Part shown: in pieces, positions 53,796-64,000 of the stretch
Numbering within the stretch: position 1 is the first letter of the stretch
How the letters are laid out: each line of letters opens with the position of its first letter
DNA from: Eledone cirrhosa
Lineage: Eukaryota
Assembly: GCA_964016885.1 (NCBI GenBank)
Contig: OZ024742.1
Coordinates: forward strand, 326,988,001-327,052,000
Direction: 5' to 3'
Length of the DNA stretch: 64,000 bases
The notes under the pieces: generated by a model
What the model was told of the DNA's origin: nothing
Database searches by the model: none
Seen by the model: the letters and a program-made list of their open reading frames with translations, nothing else
Program-made: the position numbers and the translations under genes

Positions 53796-53866
53796 ACCTA
53801 AGAAGTCTAGTGGTTAGGTTTCCACGCCTTCACTGCGGCAGTTGGGGTATGAATATCACGTGCTAA
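53796..53866 (+). pseudogene. Type D relic
   Basis: Homology to the other D copies. Confidence 0.7.
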
Positions 53867-54232
53867 AAAAGCTGGGAAAAGATGGCGAGAAGTGGTAGAA
53901 AATTTCTTCACATTTCCGTTGAGAACAAAGCTCAAGAGTACCTGGGTTTGTATTCGTAGAATTGAGGTACGCATTAGAAAAGGTGTCGCGATATATGGCA
54001 TCACAGATGAAACTATAGTTTACCTGCTAAAGCAGGTAAACTATAATTTCATCTGGGATATTACCATCGGCGAGTTCGAGAAGAAACACCCACTGTCACC
54101 AGTAAATTGCAATCAACAGCTCTGTTCGAATTTAGGAAATTTGAATATATGTCCATTTCGAAATCATGTTTTTTGGTAGATTTCAAACTTAACGAGACTT
54201 GATGGAAATAAAACAATAGGAAAAAATGATAT

Positions 54233-54295
54233 TTCCCAACCGGGGAAACGAACCCCGGCCGCCGCGCGGAATCCTAACCACCAGACCACTTGGGA
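54233..54295 (-). pseudogene. Type A allele lacking the anticodon loop (9-nt deletion)
   Basis: 63 nt; GTGAGAGCG removed between GCG repeats. Confidence 0.88.
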
Positions 54296-54626
54296 CAACT
54301 GAGTACAAGCGGCTGAACGATAGCTTCTAACTATAGTATTATATGTGAATCGATTTGAATCGATCACTTTAACAATTCGACAGAAAAGTTTAAATTCAAT
54401 CAGCAAACTTGATTTGGAAATAGACAAAACACCTCAATATATTCTACATTGGAGGATGTAACATTGAAAGGTCATTTAGTAATAGAAATGACACTATAAA
54501 CAGCCAGCGACATCTACTACATCAGCCATACCTCTACGTAGGGTTCCTTCATTAGAAGTGATGTCAAAGTGATTCACATTTGCCAATTTAGTTATAAGCC
54601 GTTGCTCAGCTTGCCTTGCTCAGGTA

Positions 54627-54698
54627 TCCCAAGTAGTCTAGTGGTTAGGATTCCGCGCTCTCACCGCGGCGGCCGGGGTTCGATTCCCCGATTGGGAA
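54627..54698 (+). tRNA. tRNA-Glu(CTC), type B variant (G7-A66 mismatch)
   Basis: 3' end ATTGGGAA; otherwise canonical. Confidence 0.8.
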
Positions 54699-55257
54699 AC
54701 TTCTCCTTTTTTTTTTCTTTTTTTTCTTGTTTTATTTGCATCAAGTCTCCTTGCTCTGCCAACCAGGAATCTAGAGAATTATGTATTATTTATTTCAGTA
54801 CATTTCAAATGTTCAGAAAATGTTCATTGTGACTGATGGGAAAAAATGGTGAAAGATGTTTGACGGGAATTTATATTTTATCCGCACTCCGCTGACAAGT
54901 TGTTGAGATTGTTGTGGTAGCGGTCGGCTGTACCTAGTTATTGTGGTCCTGGCGTTGAGGTTCGCATTATATGGCGTTCCAGATGAAAGACTTAATCTGC
55001 TAAAGAAGATAAACTATAGTCCCATCTGAGAGTTTAGCAGTAGCGAGCTCGAGACGAAAGATCCTATTGTCGTTAAGAGAGGAGAATCGCTATGAGTAAC
55101 TACCCAGCTGCCTTTCAATAATACATCTTCAAATTTAGAAGATTTTAATATGATATGTCCATTTCGAAACCATGTTTTCTGTTACATTTAAAACTTAACG
55201 GAACTTGATGCAAAAAAAAATAATAAGAAAAAAAAAAAAAATCTGAAAATAAAGGTA

Positions 55258-55328
55258 TACCCAAGCGAGGAATCGAACCCCGGCCGTCGCAGTGAGATGC
55301 GGGATCCTAACCACTAGACTACTTGGGA
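55258..55328 (-). pseudogene. Type C tRNA-like (loop TCTCAC)
   Basis: Homology; extra anticodon-stem mismatch. Confidence 0.72.
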
Positions 55329-55439
55329 CAACTGGAAATTATTTGCTGAACTATGGCTTATAATTATGGCGTCGCAAATGTGAGACTTAACCTGATAAAA
55401 CAGATATTGTAAGCCTTTCGATGCGAAGTTTGACAACCG

Positions 55440-55510
55440 ACCTAAGAAGTCTAGTGGTTAGCTTTCCACGCCTTCACTGCGGCAGTTGGGGTATGAATAT
55501 GACTTGCTAA
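55440..55510 (+). pseudogene. Type D relic
   Basis: Homology to the other D copies. Confidence 0.7.
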
Positions 55511-55910
55511 CACAGCTGGGAAAAGATAGCGAGAAATGGGTCAAAGCTCCTCAATTTTTCAGTTGAGAACAAAGCTCAACGGTACCTGGGTGTGTGGTCG
55601 TAGAATTGAGGTACGCATTAGAAAAGGTGTCGCGATATATGGCATCACAGATGAAATTATAGTTTACTTGCTAAAGCAGGTAAACTATAATTTCATCTGG
55701 GTTATTACCACCGGCGAGTACGAGAAGAAACACCCCACTGTCACCAAGGGAGGTAAATAGCAATCAATAGCTCTCCCACTGCCTTTCTATAATACATGTT
55801 CGAATTTAGGAAATTTTAATATGATATGTCCATTTCGAAATCATGTTTTCTGGTAAATTTAAAACTTAATGAGACTTGATGGAAATAAAACAATAGGAAA
55901 AAAAAGATAT

Positions 55911-55982
55911 TTCCCAAGCGGGGAATCGAACCCCGGCCGCCGCGGTGAGAGCGCGGAATCCTAACCACTAGACCACTTGGGA
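55911..55982 (-). tRNA. tRNA-Glu(CTC), type A, intact
   Basis: Perfect cloverleaf plus oligo-T terminator. Confidence 0.93.
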
Positions 55983-56313
55983 CAACTGTGTACAAGCGGC
56001 TGAAGTATAGCTTCTAACTAAATTAGTAAATGTGAATCGATTTGAATCGATCACTTTAACAATTCGACAGAAAAGTTTAAATTCAATCAGCAAACTTGAT
56101 TTCGAAATAGGCAAAACACCTCAATATATTCTACATTGGAGGATGTAACATTGAAAGGTCATTTAGTAATAGAATTGACACTATAAACAGCCAACGACAT
56201 CTACTACATCAGCCATACCTCTACGTAGGGTTCCTTCATTAGAAGTGATGTCAAAGTGATTCCCATTTGCCAATTTAGTTATAAGCCGTTGCTCAGCTTG
56301 CCTTGCTCAGGTA

Positions 56314-56385
56314 TCCCAAGTAGTCTAGTGGTTAGGATTCCGCGCTCTCAGCGCGGCGACCGGGGTTCGATTCCCCGCTTGGGAA
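56314..56385 (+). tRNA. tRNA-Glu(CTC), type B with loop substitutions
   Basis: Anticodon loop CTCTCAG, variable loop CGAC; stems intact. Confidence 0.78.
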
Positions 56386-56938
56386 ATATCTTTTTTTTTC
56401 CTATTGTTTTATTTGCATCAAGTCTCCTTGCTCTGCCAACTAGGAATCTAGAGAATTATGTATTTTTTATTTCAGGACATTTCAAATGTTCAGAAATACA
56501 TTTATTAAATCATTGTGACAGATGGGGAAAAAAGGTGAAAGATGTTTCACAGGAATTTATATTTTGTCCGCGCTCCGCGGACAAAATGTTGAGATTGTTG
56601 TGGTGGCGGTCGGCTGTACCTAGTTATGTGGTCCTGGCTTGGAGGTTGCATTATATGGCGTTCCAGATGAAAGACTTGATCTGCTAAAGAAGATAAACTA
56701 TAGTCCCATCTGAGAGTTTAGCAGTAGCGAGCTCGAGACGAAAGATCCTATTGTCGTTAAGAGAGGAGAATCGCTATGAGTAACTACCCTGCTGCCTTTC
56801 AATAATACATCTTCAAATTTAGAAGATTTTAATATGATATGTCCATTTCGAAACCATGTTTGCTGGTACATTTAAAGCTTAACGGAACTTGATACAAAAA
56901 AACAATAAGGAAAAAAATAAAACAAAAAAATAAAGGTA

Positions 56939-57009
56939 TACCCAAGCGAGGAATCGAACCCCGGCCGCCGCAGTGAAATGCGGGATCCTAACCACTAGAC
57001 TACTTGGGA
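56939..57009 (-). pseudogene. Type C tRNA-like (loop TTTCAC)
   Basis: As 47329-47399. Confidence 0.75.
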
Positions 57010-57120
57010 CAACTGGAAATGATTTGCTGAACTATCGCTTATAACTATGGCGTCGCAAATTAGAGATTTAACCTGATAAAAGAGATATTGTAAGTCTTTC
57101 AATGCGAAGTTTGACAACCG

Positions 57121-57191
57121 ACCTAAGAAGTCTAGTGGTTAGGTTTCCACGCCTTCACTGCGGCAGTTGGGGTATGAATATCACTTGCTAA
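57121..57191 (+). pseudogene. Type D relic
   Basis: Homology to the other D copies. Confidence 0.7.
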
Positions 57192-57590
57192 AAAAGCTGT
57201 GAAAAGATGGCGAGAAGTGGGTGAAATTTTCTTCACATTTCCGTTGAGAACAAAGTTCAAGAGTACCTGGGTTTGTGGTCGTAGAATTGAGGTTCGCATT
57301 AGAAAAGGTGTCGCGATATATGGCATCACAGATGAAATTATAGTTTACTTGCTAAAGCAGGTAAACTATAATTTCATCTGGGTTATTACCAGCGGCGAGT
57401 ACGAGAGGAAATACCCCACTGTCACCAAGGGAGGTAAATAGCAATCAATAGCACTCCCACTGCCTTTCTATAATACATGTTCGAATTTAGGAAATTTTAA
57501 TATGATATGTCCATTTCGAAATCATGTTTTTTGGTAGATTTCAAACTTAACGAGACTTGATGGAAATAAAACAATAGGAAAAAATGATAT

Positions 57591-57653
57591 TTCCCAACCG
57601 GGGAAACGAACCCCGGCCGCCGCGCGGAATCCTAACCACCAGACCACTTGGGA
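57591..57653 (-). pseudogene. Anticodon-less type A allele
   Basis: Same 9-nt deletion as 54233-54295. Confidence 0.88.
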
Positions 57654-57984
57654 CAACTGAGTACAAGCGGCTGAACGATAGCTTCTAACTATAGTATTAT
57701 ATGTGAATCGATTTGAATCGATCACTTTAACAATTCGACAGAAAAGTTTAAATTCAATCAGCAAACTTGATTTGGAAATAGACAAAACACCTCAATATAT
57801 TCTACATTGGAGGATGTAACATTGAAAGGTCATTTAGTAATAGAAATGACACTATAAACAGCCAGCGACATCTACTACATCAGCCATACCTCTACGTAGG
57901 GTTCCTTCATTAGAAGTGATGTCAAAGTGATTCACATTTGCCAATTTAGTTATAAGCCGTTGCTCAGCTGGCCTTGCTCAGGTA

Positions 57985-58056
57985 TCCCAAGTAGTCTAGT
58001 GGTTAGGATTCCGCGCTCTCACCGCGGCGGCCGGGGTTCGATTCCCCGCTTGGGAA
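57985..58056 (+). tRNA. tRNA-Glu(CTC), type B, intact
   Basis: Perfect cloverleaf plus oligo-T terminator. Confidence 0.93.
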
Positions 58057-58604
58057 ATAGCTTTTTTTTCCTATTGTTTTATTTCCATCAAGTCTCCTTG
58101 CTCTGCCAACCAGGAATCTCGAGAATTATGTATTATTTATTTCAGTACATTTCAAATGTTCAGAAAATGTTCATTGTGACAGATGGGAAAAAATGGTGAA
58201 AGATGTTTGACGGGAATTTATATTTTATCCGCACTCCGCTGACAAGATGTTGAAATTGTTGTGGTGGCCGTCGGCTGTACCTAGGTATTGTGGTCCTGGC
58301 GTTGAGGTTCGCATTATATGGCGTTCCAGATGAAAGACTTAATCTGCTAAAGAAGATAAACTATAGTCCCATCTGAGAGTTTAGCAGTAGCGAGCTCGAG
58401 ACGAAAGATCCTATTGTCGTTAAGAGAGGAGAAGCGCTACGAGTAACTACCCTGCTGCCTTTCAATAATACATCTTCAAATTTAGAAGATTTTAATATGA
58501 TATGTCCATTTCGAAACCATGTTTGCTGGCAGATTTAAAACTTAACGGAACTTGATGCAAAAAAAAACAATAAGGAAAAAAAAAAAAAGAAAAAAATAAA
58601 GGTA

Positions 58605-58675
58605 TACCCAAGCGAGGAATCGAACCCCGGCCGCCGCAGTGAGATGCGGGATCCTAACCACTAGACTACTTGGGA
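58605..58675 (-). pseudogene. Type C tRNA-like (loop TCTCAC)
   Basis: As 53614-53684. Confidence 0.75.
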
Positions 58676-58786
58676 CTACTGGAAATGATTTGCTGAACTA
58701 TCGCTTATAACTATGGCGTCGCAAATTAGAGATTTAACCTGATAAAACAGATATTGAAAGTCTTTCAATGCGAAATTTGACAACCG

Positions 58787-58857
58787 ACCTAAGAAGTCTA
58801 GTGGTTAGGTTTCCACGCCTTCACTGCGGCAGTTGGGGTATGAATATCACGTGCTAA
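58787..58857 (+). pseudogene. Type D relic
   Basis: Homology to the other D copies. Confidence 0.7.
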
Positions 58858-59223
58858 AAAAGCTGGGAAAAGATGGCGAGAAGTGGTGGAAAATTTCTTC
58901 ACATTTCCGTTGAGAACAAAGCTCAGGAGTACCTGGGTTTGTATTCGTAGAATTGAGGTACGCATTAGAAAAGGTGTCGCGATATATGGCATCACAGATG
59001 AAACTATAGTTTACCTGCTAAAGCAGGTAAACTATAATTTCATCTGGGATATTACCATCGGCGAGTTCGAGAAGAAACACCCACTGTCACCAGTAAATTG
59101 CAATCAACAGCTCTGTTCAAATTTAGGAAATTTGAATATATGTCCATTTCGAAATCATGTTTTTTGGTAGATTTCAAACTTAACGAGACTTGATGGAAAT
59201 AAAACAATAGGAAAAAATGATAT

Positions 59224-59286
59224 TTCCCAACCGGGGAAACGAACCCCGGCCGCCGCGCGGAATCCTAACCACCAGACCACTTGGGA
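59224..59286 (-). pseudogene. Anticodon-less type A allele
   Basis: Same 9-nt deletion as 54233-54295. Confidence 0.88.
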
Positions 59287-59617
59287 CAACTGAGTACAAG
59301 CGGCTGAACGATAGCTTCTAACTATAGTATTATATGTGAATCGATTTGAATCGATCACTTTAACAATTCGACAGAAAAGTTTAAATTCAATCAGCAAACT
59401 TGATTTGGAAATAGACAAAACACCTCAATATATTCTACATTGGAGGATGTAACATTGAAAGGTCATTTAGTAATAGAATTGACCCTATAAACAGCCAGCG
59501 ACATCTACTACATCAGCCATACCTCTACGTAGGGTTCCTTCATTAGAAGTGATGTCAAAGTGATTCACATTTGCCAATTTAGTTATAAGCCGTTGCTCAG
59601 CTTGCCTTGCTCAGGTA

Positions 59618-59689
59618 TCCCAAGTAGTCTAGTGGTTAGGATTCCGCGCTCTCACCGCGGCGGCCGGGGTTCGATTCCCCGATTGGGAA
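59618..59689 (+). tRNA. tRNA-Glu(CTC), type B variant (G7-A66 mismatch)
   Basis: As 54627-54698. Confidence 0.8.
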
Positions 59690-60239
59690 ACTACTCCTTT
59701 TTTTTTTCTTGTTTTATTTGCATCAAGTCTCCTTGCTCTGCCAACCAGGAATCTAGAGAATTATGTATTATTTATTTCAGTACATTTCAAATGTTCAGAA
59801 AATGTTCATTGTGACTGATGGGAAAAAATGGTGAAAGATGTTTGACGGGAATTTATATTTTATCCGCACTCCGCTGACAAGTTGTTGAGATTGTTGTGGT
59901 AGCGGTCGGCTGTACCTAGGTATTGTGGTCCTGGCGTTGAGGTTCGCATTATATGGCGTTCCAGATGAAAGACTTAATCTGCTAAAGAAGATAAACTATA
60001 GTCCCATCTGAGAGTTTAGCAGTAGCGAACTCGAGACGAAAGATCCTATTGTCGTTAAGAGAGGAGAATCGCTATGAGTAACTACCCTGCTGCCTTTCAA
60101 TAATACATCTTCAAATTTAGAAGATTTTAATATGATATGTCCATTTCGAAACCATGTTTTCTGTTACATTTAAAACTTAACGGAACTTGATGCAAAAAAA
60201 AACAATAAGAAAAAAAAAAAAAATCTGAAAATAAAGGTA

Positions 60240-60310
60240 TACCCAAGCGAGGAATCGAACCCCGGCCGCCGCAGTGAGATGCGGGATCCTAACCACTAGA
60301 CTACTTGGGA
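60240..60310 (-). pseudogene. Type C tRNA-like (loop TCTCAC)
   Basis: As 53614-53684. Confidence 0.75.
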
Positions 60311-60421
60311 CAACTGGAAATTATTTGCTGAACTATGGCTTATAATTATGGCGTCGCAAATGTGAGACTTAACCTGATAAAACAGATATTGTAAGCCTTT
60401 CGATGCGAAGTTTGACAACCG

Positions 60422-60492
60422 ACCTAAGAAGTCTAGTGGTTAGCTTTCCACGCCTTCACTGCGGCAGTTGGGGTATGAATATGACTTGCTAA
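60422..60492 (+). pseudogene. Type D relic
   Basis: Homology to the other D copies. Confidence 0.7.
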
Positions 60493-60892
60493 AACAGCTG
60501 GGAAAAGATAGCGAGAAATGGGTCAAAGCTCCTCAATTTTTCAGTTGAGAACAAAGCTCAAGGGTACCTGGGTGTGTGGTCGTAGAATTGAGGTACGCAT
60601 TAGAAAAGGTGTCGCGATATATGGCATCACAGATGAAATTATAGTTTACTTGCTAAAGCAGGTAAACTATAATTTCATCTGGGTTATTACCACCGGCGAG
60701 TACGAGAAGAAATACCCCACTGTCACCAAGGGAGGTAAATAGCAATCAATAGCTCTCCCACTGCCTTTCTATAATACATGTTCGTATTTAGGAAATTTTA
60801 ATATGATATGTCCATTTCGAAATCATGTTTTCTGGTAAATTTAAAACTTAATGAGACTTGATGGAAATAAAACAATAGGAAAAAAAAGATAT

Positions 60893-60964
60893 TTCCCAAG
60901 CGGGGAATCGAACCCCGGCCGCCGCGGTGAGAGCGCGGAATCCTAACCACTAGACCACTTGGGA
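60893..60964 (-). tRNA. tRNA-Glu(CTC), type A, intact
   Basis: Perfect cloverleaf plus oligo-T terminator. Confidence 0.93.
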
Positions 60965-61295
60965 CAACTGTGTACAAGCGGCTGAAGTATAGCTTCTAAC
61001 TAAATTAGTAAATGTGAATCGATTTGAATCGATCACTTTAACAATTCGACAGAAAAGTTTAAATTCAATCAGCAAACTTGATTTCGAAATAGGCAAAACA
61101 CCTCAATATATTCTACATTGGAGGATGTAACATTGAAAGGTCATTTAGTAATAGAATTGACACTATAAACAGCCAACGACATCTACTACATCAGCCATAC
61201 CTCTACGTAGGGTTCCTTCATTAGAAGTGATGTCAAAGTGATTCACATTTGCCAATTTAGTTATAAGACGTTGGTCAGCTTGTCATGTACAGGTG

Positions 61296-61367
61296 TCCCA
61301 AGTAGTCTAGTGGTTAGGATTCCGCGCTCTCACCGCGGCGGCCGGGGTTCGATTCCCCGCTTGGGAA
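61296..61367 (+). tRNA. tRNA-Glu(CTC), type B, intact
   Basis: Perfect cloverleaf plus oligo-T terminator. Confidence 0.93.
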
Positions 61368-61920
61368 ATATCTTTTTTTTTCCTATTGTTTTATTTGCAT
61401 CAAGTCTCCTTGCTCTGCCAACCAGGAATCTAGAGAATTATGTATTATTTATTTCAGGACATTTCAAATGTTCAGAAATACATTTATTAAATCATTGTGA
61501 CAGATGGGGAAAAAAGGTGAAAGATGTTTCACAGGAATTTATATTTTGTCCGCGCTCCGCGGACAAAATGTTGAGATTGTTGTGGTGGCGGTCGGCTGTA
61601 CCTAGTTATGTGGTCCTGGCTTGGAGGTTGCATTATATGGCGTTCCAGATGAAAGACTTGATCTGCTAAAGAAGATAAACTATAGTCCCATCTGAGAGTT
61701 TAGCAGTAGCGAGCTCGAGACGAAAGATCCTATTGTCGTTAAGAGAGGAGAATCGCTATGAGTAACTACCCTGCTGCCTTTCAATAATACATCTTCAAAT
61801 TTAGAAGATTTTAATATGATATGTCCATTTCGAAACCATGTTTGCTGGTACATTTAAAGCTTAACGGAACTTGATACAAAAAAACAATAAGGAAAAAAAT
61901 AAAACAAAAAAATAAAGGTA

Positions 61921-61991
61921 TACCCAAGCGAGGAATCGAACCCCGGCCGCCGCAGTGAAATGCGGGATCCTAACCACTAGACTACTTGGGA
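61921..61991 (-). pseudogene. Type C tRNA-like (loop TTTCAC)
   Basis: As 47329-47399. Confidence 0.75.
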
Positions 61992-62102
61992 CAACTGGAA
62001 ATGATTTGCTGAACTATCGCTTATAACTATGGCGTCGCAAATTAGAGATTTAACCTGATAAAACAGATATTGTAAGTCTTTCAATGCGAAGTTTGACAAC
62101 CG

Positions 62103-62173
62103 ACCTAAGAAGTCTAGTGGTTAGGTTTCCACGCCTTCACTGCGGCAGTTGGGGTATGAATATCACTTGCTAA
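62103..62173 (+). pseudogene. Type D relic
   Basis: Homology to the other D copies. Confidence 0.7.
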
Positions 62174-62573
62174 AAAAGCTGTGAAAAGATGGCGAGAAGT
62201 GGGTGAAATTTTCTTCACATTTCCGTTGAGAACAAAGTTCAAGAGTACCTGGGTTTGTGGTCGTAGAATTGAGGTTCGCATTAGAAAAGGTGTCGCGATA
62301 TATGGCATCACAGATGAAATTATAGTTTACTTGCTAAAGCAGGTAAACTATAATTTCATCTGGGTTATTACCAGCGGCGAGTACGAGAAGAAATACCCCA
62401 CTGTCACCAAGGGAGGTAAATAGCAATCAATAGCACTCCCACTGCCTTTCTATAATACATGTTCGAATTTAGGAAATTTTAATATGATATGTCCATTTCG
62501 AAATCATGTTTTCTGGTAAATTTAAAACTTAATGAGACTTGATGGAAATAAAACAATAGGAAAAAAAAGATAT

Positions 62574-62645
62574 TTCCCAAGCGGGGAATCGAACCCCGGC
62601 CGCCGCGGTGAGAGCGCGGAATCCTAACCACCAGACCACTTGGGA
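62574..62645 (-). tRNA. tRNA-Glu(CTC), type A with A14G
   Basis: All stems intact; D-loop starts GGTGG. Confidence 0.78.
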
Positions 62646-62976
62646 CAACTGTGTACAAGCGGCTGAACGATAGCTTCTAACTATATTAGTATATGTGAAT
62701 CGATTTGAATCGATCACTTTAACAATTCGACAGAAAAGTTTAAATTCAATCAGCAAACTTGATTTGGAAATAGACAAAACACCTCAATATATTCTACATT
62801 GGAGGATGTAACATTGAAAGGTCATTTAGTAATAGAAATGACACTATAAACAGCCAGCGACATCTACTACATCAGCCATACCTCTACGTAGGGTTCCTTC
62901 ATTAGAAGTGATGTCAAAGTGATTCACATTTGCCAATTTAGTTATAAGCCGTTGCTCAGCTTGCCTTGCTCAGGTA

Positions 62977-63048
62977 TCCCAAGTAGTCTAGTGGTTAGGA
63001 TTCCGCGCTCTCACCGCGGCGGCCGGGGTTCGATTCCCCGATTGGGAA
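62977..63048 (+). tRNA. tRNA-Glu(CTC), type B variant (G7-A66 mismatch)
   Basis: As 54627-54698. Confidence 0.8.
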
Positions 63049-63607
63049 ACTACTCCTTTTTTTTTTCTTTTTTTTCTTGTTTTATTTGCATCAAGTCTCC
63101 TTGCTCTGCCAACCAGGAATCTAGAGAATTATGTATTATTTATTTCAGTACATTTCAAATGTTCAGAAAATGTTCATTGTGACTGATGGGAAAAAATGGT
63201 GAAAGATGTTTGACGGGAATTTATATTTTATCCGCACTCCGCTGACAAGTTGTTGAGATTGTTGTGGTAGCGGTCGGCTGTACCTAGGTATTGTGGTCCT
63301 GGCGTTGAGGTTCGCATTATATGGCGTTCCAGATGAAAGACTTAATCTGCTAAAGAAGATAAACTATAGTCCCATCTGAGAGTTTAGCAGTAGCGAGCTC
63401 GAGACGAAAGATCCTATTGTCGTTAAGAGAGGAGAATCGCTATGAGTAACTACCCTGCTGCCTTTCAATAATACATCTTCAATTTGAGAAGATTTTAATA
63501 TGATATGTCCACTTCGAAACCATGTTTACTGTTACATTTAAAACTTAACGGAACTTGATGCAAAAAAAAACAATAAGAAAAAAAAAAAAAATCTGAAAAT
63601 AAAGGTA

Positions 63608-63678
63608 TACCCAAGCGAGGAATCGAACCCCGGCCGCCGCAGTGAGATGCGGGATCCTAACCACTAGACTACTTTGGA
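63608..63678 (-). pseudogene. Type C tRNA-like (loop TCTCAC)
   Basis: Homology; extra acceptor mismatch. Confidence 0.72.
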
Positions 63679-63789
63679 CAACTGGAAATTATTTGCTGAA
63701 CTATGGCTTATAATTATGGCGTCGCAAATGTGAGACTTAACCTGATAAAACAGATATTGTAAGCCTTTCGATGCGAAGTTTGACAACCG

Positions 63790-63860
63790 ACCTAAGAAGT
63801 CTAGTGGTTAGCTTTCCACGCCTTCACTGCGGCAGTTGGGGTATGAATATGACTTGCTAA
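63790..63860 (+). pseudogene. Type D relic
   Basis: Homology to the other D copies. Confidence 0.7.
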
Positions 63861-64000
63861 AACAGCTGGGAAAAGATAGCGAGAAATGGGTCAAAGCTCC
63901 TCAATTTTTCAGTTGAGAACAAAGCTCAAGGGTACCTGGGTGTGTGGTCGTAGAATTGAGGTACGCATTAGAAAAGGTGTCGCGATATATGGCATCACAG

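Larger units (their letters stand above)
44553..64000. repeat. Tandem tRNA-Glu array: degenerate edge 44.5-50.9 kb, then regular ~1.63-1.69-kb monomers in a ~4.99-kb higher-order repeat; continues past the window end
   Basis: B-type genes start at 51313, 52994, 54627, 56314, 57985, 59618, 61296 and 62977 (spacings 1681, 1633, 1687, 1671, 1633, 1678, 1681). Confidence 0.97.

Noticed and set aside
46638-63182. Recurrent 60-143 aa ORFs in the array (MIHICQFSYK.., MMPYIATP.., MSISKSS..)
   Set aside because: They run through tRNA genes, and their lengths and stops vary freely between monomers. They recur only because the DNA is repeated.
44553-64000. CRISPR-like or tRNA-SINE interpretation of the array
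   Set aside because: Spacers are repeated rather than unique and there are no cas genes. The units are complete 72-nt cloverleaves followed at once by oligo-T terminators, without the SINE body seen elsewhere in the window.

Overview
AT-rich, repeat-dense animal genomic DNA. The RTE-type LINE ends, the tRNA-derived SINE family and the microsatellite load resemble a coleoid cephalopod (octopus-like) genome; this is an inference from repeat style. Bases 1-44,400 are mostly intron or intergenic sequence. They hold minus-strand exons of an unidentified coiled-coil/poly-Gln protein gene that the ORF track missed (exons read by hand at 25929-25863, 22810-22738 and 568 to <1, with compatible splice phases). 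They also hold two RTE LINE relics, a young CR1/L2-type LINE inside a 21-bp minisatellite, many SINEs, piggyBac-like and Tc1/mariner-like MITEs, two hammerhead-ribozyme-like motifs and two ~100-bp foldback inverted repeats. From ~44,500 to the window end lies a tandem array of tRNA-Glu genes and derivatives (>40 tRNA-like units). The ~1.63-1.69-kb monomer carries four copies in alternating orientation: A(-), B(+), C(-), D(+). A and B are canonical tRNA-Glu(CTC), C has a 6-nt anticodon loop, and D is a decayed relic. Monomers form a ~4.99-kb three-monomer higher-order repeat. The genes share a fixed-spacing 38-nt upstream motif, and monomers carry a 52-bp palindrome. Nearly all ORFs in the supplied track are artefacts of microsatellites, antisense LINE frames or the tRNA array. 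All coordinates were counted by eye and may be off by a few bases.
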